Assembly (NCBI GenBank): GCA_964487925.1
Contig: CAZASZ010000003.1
Coordinates: 738 to 64,737, forward strand
Direction: 5' to 3'
From: an uncultured Gammaproteobacteria bacterium
GTDB lineage: Bacteria > Pseudomonadota > Gammaproteobacteria > SZUA-140
Length of the DNA stretch: 64,000 nt
Shown in pieces: positions 52,831-64,000 of this stretch. The notes beneath the pieces were generated by a model. It worked only from the letters and a program-made list of their open reading frames with translations, had not been told where the DNA came from and ran no database searches. The first letter of the stretch is position 1, and every line of letters starts with the position of its first letter. The translations under genes and the position numbers were made by a program.

Positions 52831-53639
52831 TCGCTATCAGCCAACTTCGTTTGCCCGCCGTTTCACCGGAGGGAATGCACGCCATTGACCTGCTCAACCA
52901 GGACGAACCCGACATCCGCGCGCTGACCGAGTGCATCCTCCGCGATTCGATCAGCGCGCTGGCACTGATCAAGTACGCCAATTCACCGCTCTTCCGGCGC
53001 CCCACGCCGATCGACTCCGTCCATGGCGCCATCCGCGTCCTCGGACTCCGAAACGTCCGTAGCGCCTTACTCGTCGCGACCATTCGCGGCCTGGCTGAAA
53101 ACCTACCACAGAACTGCTGGATCATCGCACGACACTGCACCGACTGCGCCTTCCTGGCCGCGCGTTTGGTCCAAAATATTCAACCCGAGATCGTCGACGA
53201 GATGGCCTTTCTGGGCCTGATCCATGACATGGGCATGCTGATTCTGGCAAGCAACTTCCCTGAAGCCTATAGCCGGATCATGGACCTCTCGATCAGCGAG
53301 GGTGAAGTCATCGGCAACCTCGAAGAGGCCGAGTTCGGGGTACAGCATGATGACATCATCGAACGCCTCTTCAAGGATTTTCGGCTACCCGTTGAGCAGA
53401 TCAACCTGCTGTCGTGTTACCACCGTGAGGTCTGTTTGCCCGATGACGACCCGCAACTCATTCGCCGCATGGTCCTCGACCTGGCCCACGCCATCTGGAC
53501 CGACAGCCTCGGTGAGATAGCCTTCCACGAGACCTGCGGGGATCAGGACATCGAAGGACTCACAGCCCGACTCGGGATCATGCCCGACGACCTGACGGCT
53601 ATACGGGACGAGTACATAAGACTCAAAGACGCAAGCTGA
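52827..53639 (+). CDS. HDOD-domain signalling protein (stand-alone)
   Basis: 270 aa. HD-related output domain pattern (...GLIHDMGMLILASNFPE...HCTDCAFLAARL...). The start codon overlaps the invertase stop (ATGA). Confidence 0.7.
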   Translation: MIAISQLRLPAVSPEGMHAIDLLNQDEPDIRALTECILRDSISALALIKYANSPLFRRPTPIDSVHGAIRVLGLRNVRSALLVATIRGLAENLPQNCWIIARHCTDCAFLAARLVQNIQPEIVDEMAFLGLIHDMGMLILASNFPEAYSRIMDLSISEGEVIGNLEEAEFGVQHDDIIERLFKDFRLPVEQINLLSCYHREVCLPDDDPQLIRRMVLDLAHAIWTDSLGEIAFHETCGDQDIEGLTARLGIMPDDLTAIRDEYIRLKDAS

Positions 53640-53700
53640 TATTGGCCGGGCGCGCACTATACACGCCCCACAGTCCTCTTTAACGAGGTATGGAAGAACA

Positions 53701-54501
53701 ATGTGTCCGCCCCGCACCCGAAGTAAACGGCCCACGAAAACGTTCACTACCCACCTGTTCCTAATTTGCGCCCTATTAATCCCGAGCTTCTCCTACGCCG
53801 ATGGCCTGGTACTCGAGGTCATCCCGCTCCACCACCGCTCCTCGTCAGCGATCGCGCCCATGGTCCGTGGCTTCATCGCCAAGGGTGGGACCATCAAGGC
53901 GGCCGACGACAAACTCATGGTACGCACGAATCCGAGCAACCTGAAAGAACTGCGCAAACTCGTCGCCAAATTGGATGTACCGCTGCGCCACCTGCTCATC
54001 ACGGTGAGACAATTGTCAGGTGAACGCGCGCGGCGAGCGGGGACGGTCGGTGAACTCCGTGTCTGGCAAACCGAGAATTCTGACGACGCCAACCGGACAC
54101 AGCAGGTTCAGGTGCTGGAAGGCAAGGAGGCCTTTATCGACGTGGGCCGCGAGATCCCCATCAGCGACTTTGCCGTTTCGCAATCGCAAACCGGGACGAT
54201 TTTCGAACAAAAAACCCGCTATATCGGGGCGACTACGGGGTTCTCCGTCCGCCCTCACCTCGATGGCGATACCGTGAATATCGATATTACCGCCACTCAA
54301 AAACGCCAATCCGGCGTCGCTTCACCACCTGAGTTCGAGACCCAGGCGGTACATACCACCGCATCGGGAAAATTGGGCGAGTGGATAACCATCGGAGCCA
54401 GCGCTGCGCGGGAAAGGACCCCAGGAATCATCGATTATTCGACCTCAAAGCGGGACGAACAGGACCGACGGACGCTGCTGAGAGTGACCATGTCCCCATG
54501 A
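53701..54501 (+). CDS. secreted secretin-N-domain protein lacking the pore-forming secretin C-domain
   Basis: Signal peptide (LFLICALLIPSFSYA|DG). Then LVLEVIPLHHRSSSAIAPMVRGFIAKGGTIKAADDKLMVRTNPSNLKELRKLVAKLDVP, a classic secretin N1-type module. The C-terminal part (GFSVRPHLDGDTVNIDITATQ...) resembles only the first strands of a secretin domain. 266 aa in total. Confidence 0.6.
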   Translation: MCPPRTRSKRPTKTFTTHLFLICALLIPSFSYADGLVLEVIPLHHRSSSAIAPMVRGFIAKGGTIKAADDKLMVRTNPSNLKELRKLVAKLDVPLRHLLITVRQLSGERARRAGTVGELRVWQTENSDDANRTQQVQVLEGKEAFIDVGREIPISDFAVSQSQTGTIFEQKTRYIGATTGFSVRPHLDGDTVNIDITATQKRQSGVASPPEFETQAVHTTASGKLGEWITIGASAARERTPGIIDYSTSKRDEQDRRTLLRVTMSP

Positions 54502-54514
54502 GCCAATTCTTTGC

Positions 54515-55102
54515 TCAGTTGTCAGCAGATGCCTTGTTTGAGCTCATCGTTTTTCGGTCGGAATCTTCTGCCTCCGTCCTCCGGGGCCGATAGCGACGAA
54601 CCTTGCCGCTATCTGAATACTTGGCATCGTACATCGCTTGATCCGCCAGACTGATCAACCCCGCAGCATTCTCGCTGTCATCCGGATATATCGAGTAACC
54701 CATGCTGACTTCCACGTTAATCACGTGTCCATCGATTTCCAAGGGCTGATTTAAAGTATTGATCATTCGCTCCACGGCCGGAAGCACCTCGCTTTCGTCC
54801 TCTAGCTCGCTGAGCAAGACAATGAATTCGTCGCCGCCAAGTCGCGCCACCGTGTCACCGCCCCGAACAGAAGTCCTGAGACGTCGCGCAACCTCTATGA
54901 GTACGCGATCGCCGGCGGCATGGCCGAAATTATCGTTAATCGGTTTGAAGTTATCCAGGTCGGCAAAACAGACCACCAACAAACGTCTAGTGCGGGCGTT
55001 TCGGGCAATGGCCAAGTTGAGGCGGTCAAACATCAGGGTACGGTTAGGCAGTTGTGTTAGCGCGTCGTGATAGGCCTTGCCCAAATGAGGCAACGTCGAC
55101 AA
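54515..55102 (-). CDS. minimal diguanylate cyclase (GGDEF domain only)
   Basis: DALTQLPNR start of the GGDEF domain at residue 13; GGDEF active site (RLGGDEFIVLL); I-site-like RxxD (RGGD). 195 aa with no sensor domain. Confidence 0.85.
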   Translation of the reverse strand: MSTLPHLGKAYHDALTQLPNRTLMFDRLNLAIARNARTRRLLVVCFADLDNFKPINDNFGHAAGDRVLIEVARRLRTSVRGGDTVARLGGDEFIVLLSELEDESEVLPAVERMINTLNQPLEIDGHVINVEVSMGYSIYPDDSENAAGLISLADQAMYDAKYSDSGKVRRYRPRRTEAEDSDRKTMSSNKASADN

Positions 55103-55163
55103 AACTCCAGGTCAATTGAGATTCTGCTCCTAAACCACCAATAAACTTCCGATAGAACAGATT

Positions 55164-55194
55164 GAAAAAAAGGGCCTCAAATGAGGCCCTTTTT
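55164..55194 (-). terminator. intrinsic terminator of htpG (bidirectional hairpin)
   Basis: AGGGCCTCA-AA-TGAGGCCCT, flanked by AAAAAAA on one side and TTTTGG on the other. On the minus strand the hairpin is followed by UUUUUUU, 37 nt after the htpG stop. Confidence 0.8.
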
Positions 55195-55230
55195 GGTTGA
55201 AGACTCCGAAGAATCTCTACTATTTCGGTT

Positions 55231-57150
55231 TTAGCCCGCCATACGATGCAATAAACCGTTGAGGCGTTTTACGAACAGAGCCGGGTCCTCAAGCTGACCG
55301 CCCTCGCTGAGCAGGGCTTGATCGTGCAGGATGTGGACCCAGTCGGCGAAACGTTCCTCGTCCTGCTCGTCACGCACACTCGCCATCAGTGGATGCTGCG
55401 GGTTGACCTCAAGGATGGGCTCGCTGTTCGGGACGGCCTGCCCTGCCGACTCCAACATACGGCGCAGATTCAGAGCCATCTCGTCCTCTTCAACAACCAG
55501 ACAGGCCGGCGAGTCGGTCAGACGATCGGTCACACGGACCTCCTTGACCTGATCACCAAGCACCTCTTTCATGCGCGTCGTAATGTCTCCGAGTTCGTCG
55601 GCGGCCTGCTTGCGGGCCTCCTTTTCAGCCTCGTCCTCGAGCTCGCCGAGTTCAAGATCGCCCTTGGCAACCGAACGCAATTGCTTGTCGTCGAAGGCAT
55701 CTAGCGCGGTCAGCATCCAGTCATCTACCCGCTCATGCATGAGCAGAACCTCAATGCCCTTCTTCTTGAAGACCTCAAGGTGCGGGCTGTTGCACGCCGC
55801 CGTCAGGCTGTCTGCGGTGATGTAGTAGATCTTGTCCTGACCTTCCTTCATGCGCGAGACATAATCGGCGAGCGATACGTCCTCGGCATCGCCTTCGGAA
55901 GTCGTCGACGTGAAGCGAAGCAGACCGGACAGCGTTTCTTTGTTGGCGGAGTCCTCGACAATGCCTTCCTTAAGGACACGGCCGAACTCCTTCCAAAAGC
56001 TCTGATACTTCTCGGCGTCATCCTTGGCCATACTGGAGAGCAGCCCCAGGACCTTCTTGACCGAGGCAGCGCGCATGACGTCGATCTGACGGTTGTTTTG
56101 CAGGATCTCGCGCGATACGTTGAGCGGCAGGTCATCGGAGTCGATGACGCCACGAATGAAACGCAGGTAACGCGGCATCAGCTGCTCGGCGTCTTCCATG
56201 ATGAAGACGCGGTGGACATAAAGTTTGATGCCGTGACGCTGCTGCTGATCCCAAAGGTCGAATGGAGCCCGTTTCGGGATAAAGAGCAGCGAGGTATAAG
56301 ACTGGCGACCCTCGGTGCGGGTATGCACCCAGGACAGCGGGTCTTCGAAATCGTGGCCGACATGCTTGTAGAATTCGCCGTATTCCTCGTCCGTGACCTC
56401 TGACTTGGGACGCGACCACAGGGCCGAGGCCTGATTCACGGTCTCGTATTCTGCTTTCTCTTCCGCAGTATCGTCCGCCTCCTCCTCGGTCGCCTCATCG
56501 GCGGCGGCCTTCATGTTAATGGGTAAGGCGATGCTATCGGAATATTTGCGCACGACGGTACGTAGGCGGTAGCCCTCAAGGAATTCTTCCTCATCCTTAC
56601 GCAGGTGCAGCGTAATTCGGGTCCCGCGCTCGGCGCGTTCAATGGTCTCGAGCGAATAACTGCCCTCGCCTTCCGACTCCCAGCGCACACCGTGCTCGGC
56701 ACCCAGTCCGGCGCGGCGGGTCTCCAACGTGACCTTGTCGGCCACAATAAAACTCGAATAGAAACCGACGCCGAACTGGCCGATCATGCGCGCATCCTTG
56801 GCCTGATCCCCACTCAGGGAATCAAGGAACTGGCGTGTGCCCGAGCGAGCGATCGTACCGATATTGTCCATGACCTCTTGGCGGTTCATGCCGATGCCGT
56901 TATCGGTGATGGTCAGCGTTCGGGCCTCCTTGTCGATATCGATCCGCACATTGAGCTCACTCTGACCTTCATAGAGGGCGTCATCGGTCAGGGCCTCGAA
57001 GCGCAGCTTGTCGCAGGCATCGGCTGCATTGGATAACAGCTCGCGCAGAAAGATCTCCTTGTTCGAATAGAGGGAATGGATCATCAGATGCAGGAGCTGC
57101 TTGGCCTCGGTCTGAAAATCCAGCGTTTCTCTGTGAGTCTCTATGGTCAT
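55231..57150 (-). CDS. htpG: molecular chaperone HtpG (Hsp90)
   Basis: 639 aa. GHKL ATPase N-domain ([24 protein letters not shown]...) and canonical HtpG middle and C domains. Confidence 0.97.
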   Translation of the reverse strand: MTIETHRETLDFQTEAKQLLHLMIHSLYSNKEIFLRELLSNAADACDKLRFEALTDDALYEGQSELNVRIDIDKEARTLTITDNGIGMNRQEVMDNIGTIARSGTRQFLDSLSGDQAKDARMIGQFGVGFYSSFIVADKVTLETRRAGLGAEHGVRWESEGEGSYSLETIERAERGTRITLHLRKDEEEFLEGYRLRTVVRKYSDSIALPINMKAAADEATEEEADDTAEEKAEYETVNQASALWSRPKSEVTDEEYGEFYKHVGHDFEDPLSWVHTRTEGRQSYTSLLFIPKRAPFDLWDQQQRHGIKLYVHRVFIMEDAEQLMPRYLRFIRGVIDSDDLPLNVSREILQNNRQIDVMRAASVKKVLGLLSSMAKDDAEKYQSFWKEFGRVLKEGIVEDSANKETLSGLLRFTSTTSEGDAEDVSLADYVSRMKEGQDKIYYITADSLTAACNSPHLEVFKKKGIEVLLMHERVDDWMLTALDAFDDKQLRSVAKGDLELGELEDEAEKEARKQAADELGDITTRMKEVLGDQVKEVRVTDRLTDSPACLVVEEDEMALNLRRMLESAGQAVPNSEPILEVNPQHPLMASVRDEQDEERFADWVHILHDQALLSEGGQLEDPALFVKRLNGLLHRMAG

Positions 57151-57316
57151 TGCTCTCTCTCGTCGTTCATTTATTCATGGAATGTTAGCGACGGGCGATT
57201 TCCCGAACGCCCTGTAAAACGGGGCGCACAACGTCCCGTTTCGCGCTATTATGCGTCCTAATATCGCGGCTACTACGCCCTGAAGTGTCGATCAGGTCGT
57301 TGATACCGCACCCTCT

Positions 57317-57343
57317 TTATGGGGGCATTTGACCGGATTTAAA
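57317..57343 (-). promoter_or_regulatory. putative sigma-32 heat-shock promoter for htpG
   Basis: On the minus strand: CTTTAAA, 13 nt, CCCCATAA (consensus CTTGAAA-N13-15-CCCCATNT), about 170 nt upstream of the htpG start. Confidence 0.35.
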
Positions 57344-57420
57344 GCCCGAACGGACACCCGGACCAAACCGGAGCGGCCAAACAAGTGTCCATTGCACGGA
57401 CCATCCGGTTGCAAACTTGA

Positions 57421-60557
<3,137 letters not shown>

Positions 60558-60571
60558 CGACAAGTGAAGAG

Positions 60572-61681
60572 ATGAAGGTAACGACTGATCGGGATATATC
60601 CAGTGAACTTCAGACCCGGGTCCTCGAAGCTATCGAAGGCAAGGAGGCGATCTGCTTGCGCGGCGGTGGCAGCCTGGACTTCTATGGACGTATTCCGAGC
60701 GGCCGCGTGCTCGAACTCAGCGGTCACTGCGGCATCACTCACTATGCCCCGAGCGAACTGGTGATCACGGCACGCGCCGGCACACCTATTGCCATGCTCG
60801 AGCAGACACTGGCAGAGCAAGGACAGATGTTGGCCTTCGAGCCTCCGCGCTACTCACCCGCGGCCACACTGGGCGGCGTCGTTTCGGCCAATCTGTCCGG
60901 CCCTCGCCGGGCTATCTGCGGCGCTGCCCGGGACTTTGTCCTCGGCTGCCGGATCGTCAACGGTCGCGGCGAGATATTGTCTTTCGGTGGCGAGGTCATG
61001 AAAAACGTGGCCGGGTTCGATGTCTCCCGGCTCATGACAGGCGCGCTGGGGACGCTCGGCATCTTGCTTGAGGTCTCGATCCGGACACTACCGCGCCCTC
61101 AGGCCGAAGCGACCCATATCATCGAGTCAGGCTCCATTGCCGCAGCCCTCGCAACCTTGACCCGAATGCGCGGGCAGCCGCTGCCGATCTCTGCTAGCGC
61201 CATTGTCAACGAGGTTCTCTACCTGCGGTTCAGTGGCAGCCCGGCCGGGGTCTCGGCTGCCAGAAAAGTCATCGGTGGCGATATCCTGCCAGCGGATAAA
61301 GCGGCGCTTTTCTGGTCACGGATCCGCGACCATGGACACCCTTTTTTCGAACCTGGGCACCCCCTATGGCGCCTATCGGTTCCTTCCGACATGCCCCCGC
61401 CTGAACTAGACGGCAACTGCCTCATCGAATGGGATGGACAATTACGTTGGCTGCGTACTGAGGCGCCACCCGCGACCGTTTTCGCGCTGGCTGCCAAAGC
61501 CGGCGGTCATGCCACGGCCTTCCGATATCAAGGCGGAGGTTGCCGGGGAGATGGGCGCGATCAGGTCTTCCACCCCATCGCCGCCCCGCTCATGGCCCTC
61601 CAAGACCGCATCAAGGCAGCCTTCGATCCTCACTGTATCTTCAACCCCGGACGCATCCATGCAGACGCGCATTCGACCTGA
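60572..61681 (+). CDS. glcE: glycolate oxidase FAD-binding subunit
   Basis: 369 aa. FAD_binding_4 domain (ICLRGGGS...). Sits between glcD and glcF. Confidence 0.85.
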   Translation: MKVTTDRDISSELQTRVLEAIEGKEAICLRGGGSLDFYGRIPSGRVLELSGHCGITHYAPSELVITARAGTPIAMLEQTLAEQGQMLAFEPPRYSPAATLGGVVSANLSGPRRAICGAARDFVLGCRIVNGRGEILSFGGEVMKNVAGFDVSRLMTGALGTLGILLEVSIRTLPRPQAEATHIIESGSIAAALATLTRMRGQPLPISASAIVNEVLYLRFSGSPAGVSAARKVIGGDILPADKAALFWSRIRDHGHPFFEPGHPLWRLSVPSDMPPPELDGNCLIEWDGQLRWLRTEAPPATVFALAAKAGGHATAFRYQGGGCRGDGRDQVFHPIAAPLMALQDRIKAAFDPHCIFNPGRIHADAHST

Positions 61682-62900
61682 TCTCCTTGAGACCCCCGAA
61701 GGTCAGCGCGCCGGTCGTATCTTACGCAATTGCGTACACTGCGGATTCTGCACCGCAACCTGCCCGACCTACCGGATTCTGGGCGATGAACTCGACAGTC
61801 CCAGAGGACGCATCTATCTGATCAAACAGGTCCTCGAAGGCGGCCCTGTCAGCGCCACGACCCAGGGGCATCTCGACCGCTGCCTGACCTGCCGGTCCTG
61901 TGAGACAACCTGCCCATCGGGCGTCGAATACGGCCACCTCGTCGACATTGGTCGCCAACTGGTCGAACAACAGGTTAGGCGCCCAGGCAAGGAACGGCTG
62001 CTACGCTGGTTTTTGATGCGTTTGCTGCCTTACCCGTCCCGCCTGGCGCCGTTGTTAAGGACCGGACAGTTTCTTCGCCCTGTGCTCCCCAAGGCCCTCC
62101 GGCTTGCGATTCCAGAAAACATGTCTACCGATAGTTGTGCGCGTGCCACTACGTCCCACCATGCCCGCCGTATGCTAATCCTGGAAGGTTGTGTGCAAAG
62201 CCTTATCTCGACCGGTACCAACCAAGCCGCGCGGCGAGTCTTTGATCGTCTCGGCATCGAACTCATTTCCGCGCCCGAGGCAGGCTGCTGTGGCGCCATC
62301 AGCCACCACCTGAACGCCCCCGGTGAGACCAAGGCCCAGATCCGAAGGAATATCGATGCCTGGTGGCCCAAGGTCGAGGTCGGGATCGAGGCTATTGTTA
62401 TGACCGCGAGTGGATGTGGGGCCATTGTCCGCGAATATGGCGATCTGTTGCGTGACGACCCGGACTACGCCGACAAGGCCCGGCAGATCAGTTCCCTGAC
62501 ACGCGATGCCAGTGAGGTGCTCTACGCCGTGTTGAAAGATGTCGATACTGAAGGATTATTTACGAAGGGCAAACGTCCAGGCGTGGCCTTTCACAACCCC
62601 TGCAGTCTGCAACACGGTCAAGGTGTCACGGGCATCGTCGACGCCATGCTCGAACAGGCCGGTTATCCCCTGCGTCCAGTTGCCGATGCTCACCTTTGTT
62701 GCGGCTCGGCCGGGACCTATTCACTCCTGCAGCCAAAGATCGCGAATCGACTTCGTTCCGACAAACTCCGTGCCCTCGAGAACGGCCAACCCGAGATCAT
62801 CGCCACGGCCAATGTAGGTTGCCAACACCATCTCGCCGCCGAATCATCGGTGCCGGTCGTGCACTGGCTTGAACTCATCGATCGCGCTACTGCAAAGTGA
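61659..62900 (+). CDS. glcF: glycolate oxidase iron-sulfur subunit
   Basis: Two 4Fe-4S ferredoxin motifs (CVHCGFCTATCP, CLTCRSCETTCP) plus C-terminal CCG domains (CCGA...; CCGSAGTY). Start at MQTRIRPDLL, overlapping the glcE end. Confidence 0.88.
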   Translation: MQTRIRPDLLETPEGQRAGRILRNCVHCGFCTATCPTYRILGDELDSPRGRIYLIKQVLEGGPVSATTQGHLDRCLTCRSCETTCPSGVEYGHLVDIGRQLVEQQVRRPGKERLLRWFLMRLLPYPSRLAPLLRTGQFLRPVLPKALRLAIPENMSTDSCARATTSHHARRMLILEGCVQSLISTGTNQAARRVFDRLGIELISAPEAGCCGAISHHLNAPGETKAQIRRNIDAWWPKVEVGIEAIVMTASGCGAIVREYGDLLRDDPDYADKARQISSLTRDASEVLYAVLKDVDTEGLFTKGKRPGVAFHNPCSLQHGQGVTGIVDAMLEQAGYPLRPVADAHLCCGSAGTYSLLQPKIANRLRSDKLRALENGQPEIIATANVGCQHHLAAESSVPVVHWLELIDRATAK

Positions 62901-63222
62901 CATCCCGAACGTCATTCGCCCGTTCCTGGACTAGAATCCAGGGCGCGATGACGACGGCCCAGAGCGTGCAGCCTTGCCAACCGAGTGCATCATCCTCGGT
63001 CGCGGGCGCGACTTCAGCGGACTGCATGGCCCTGGCAATCACATCAACCTCATCCAAGGTCATGGCGATAGCTATATCGATAAGGTCGGTACTATCGGCG
63101 ACCCGGATCACGTTCCCTCGCGCAAAGTGACGCTCGAGATCGGACCACGCAATGCGAGCCGTCTCGGCATTAAGGCGAGCCTTGATTTCCTCGCGGTCAG
63201 GGATATCGTTCTTGTCATTCAT
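62887..63222 (-). CDS. DUF2288-like hypothetical protein
   Basis: 111 aa. Recalled resemblance to DUF2288 (C-terminal ...CTLWAVVIAPWILVQE). Convergent with glcF, 14-nt overlap. Confidence 0.45.
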   Translation of the reverse strand: MNDKNDIPDREEIKARLNAETARIAWSDLERHFARGNVIRVADSTDLIDIAIAMTLDEVDVIARAMQSAEVAPATEDDALGWQGCTLWAVVIAPWILVQERANDVRDVTLQ

Positions 63223-63239
63223 AAGGAAGTGGTCTCAAA

Positions 63240-63920
63240 TCAGTATGGTACAACCTGACCGTCGTAGGCCACGAAGGCGCCAAGGGGATAGTCGGCGATA
63301 TGGGCGATAACCTGGGTCATGCCCGCGACCGATTCTTCAATATCGACCAAGCCGGTCTGATGGGTCATGTCGGTCCGAACCCATCCTGGATGCAGCGTGA
63401 TGACACGGACACCGTCGTCGGCAAGGTCAACGGCCAGCGACTTGGAGACAATGATCAGCGCAGCCTTCGCGGCGCGGTAGGCATAGGTTCCACCGCTGGA
63501 ATTGTCTGCGCTTGAGCCCATCTTGGAGCTCAGATTGGCAATCCGTCCAGATGCATGAATAACCCTGTTCTTCAATGCCTTGACGGTCATGAGCGGCCCG
63601 ACGCAATCGACCTCAAAGACGCTGCTCATAACATCGGCAGTGATATGTCCCAGCTCCTGACCATCCTGTCCGGGTCCGTAAATCCCCGCGTTGTTGATCA
63701 ACAGGTCAATCCCATTGGGCAATCCGCGCGCCTTGATGTCGTCTTCCGTATAGGCACGGGTGACATCCCATTGAAAACTGCTCAGGTGGTCATTATCGAT
63801 ATCATCAAGTCCGCCAGGCGAATGACGGTAACTGGCCCATACTCGATGCCCTTGTTGCAGATAGTATCTGACAAAACCCAGGCCGATGCCCCGATTGGCG
63901 CCGATGATGGCAACGTTCAT
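63240..63920 (-). CDS. SDR-family short-chain dehydrogenase (C-factor/CsgA-like)
   Basis: IIGANRGIG Rossmann motif, NNAG, and YAYRAAKAA (the catalytic YxxxK). Start at MNVAIIG (226 aa). Confidence 0.8.
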   Translation of the reverse strand: MNVAIIGANRGIGLGFVRYYLQQGHRVWASYRHSPGGLDDIDNDHLSSFQWDVTRAYTEDDIKARGLPNGIDLLINNAGIYGPGQDGQELGHITADVMSSVFEVDCVGPLMTVKALKNRVIHASGRIANLSSKMGSSADNSSGGTYAYRAAKAALIIVSKSLAVDLADDGVRVITLHPGWVRTDMTHQTGLVDIEESVAGMTQVIAHIADYPLGAFVAYDGQVVPY

Positions 63921-64000
63921 GTCCCAGTCTCCGGTTATCAAATTAGCCCTATATTGACGCATGACGAGGCTATGAAACAAGAACGAGCGGGTACCAACCC

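Overview
This 64 kb window is a high-GC (about 60% by eye) chromosomal segment, almost certainly gammaproteobacterial judging by gene content and synteny. It is densely packed with housekeeping operons and looks like the origin-proximal region of Pseudomonas or E. coli. On the minus strand the order is glmS, glmU, the complete F1Fo ATP synthase operon (atpCDGAHFEB, atpI and an AtpZ-like small gene), parB, parA and rsmG(gidB). mnmG(gidA) is absent; in its place a complete type II secretion operon gspDEFGHIJKLMN runs on the plus strand, with no gspC or gspO in the locus. Next come rho, trxA, rhlB, hemYXDC, argH, a class I adenylate cyclase, a small envelope cluster (lipoprotein, Atg22-like MFS transporter, VanZ-like protein), a translationally coupled FGGY kinase / GDPD / GlpD-like operon, a HIT protein, and a coupled operon hypothetical-yoaA(DinG-family)-tsaB-cpdA. 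After that: a bifunctional APH-like/P-loop kinase, a Sat-type ATP sulfurylase, a GH100 neutral invertase coupled to an HDOD protein, an orphan secretin-N-domain protein, a minimal GGDEF protein, htpG, pgm coupled to glcDEF, a DUF2288 protein and an SDR. The 5' edge carries a partial PEP-CTERM protein. I found no tRNA or rRNA genes, no CRISPR array and no obvious mobile elements. The non-coding features worth noting are a REP-like hairpin cluster after cyaA, a roughly 130 bp imperfect inverted repeat between the glpD-like gene and the HIT gene, several intrinsic terminators, a perfect 14-bp palindrome in a divergent promoter region, and a low-GC island between hemD and hemX. The least-explained parts are the invertase-HDOD-secretinN-GGDEF patch, the unknown 165-aa protein coupled to yoaA, and the C/O-less T2SS with long pseudopilin leaders. 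All calls rest on recalled family motifs and synteny only; no database searches were run.
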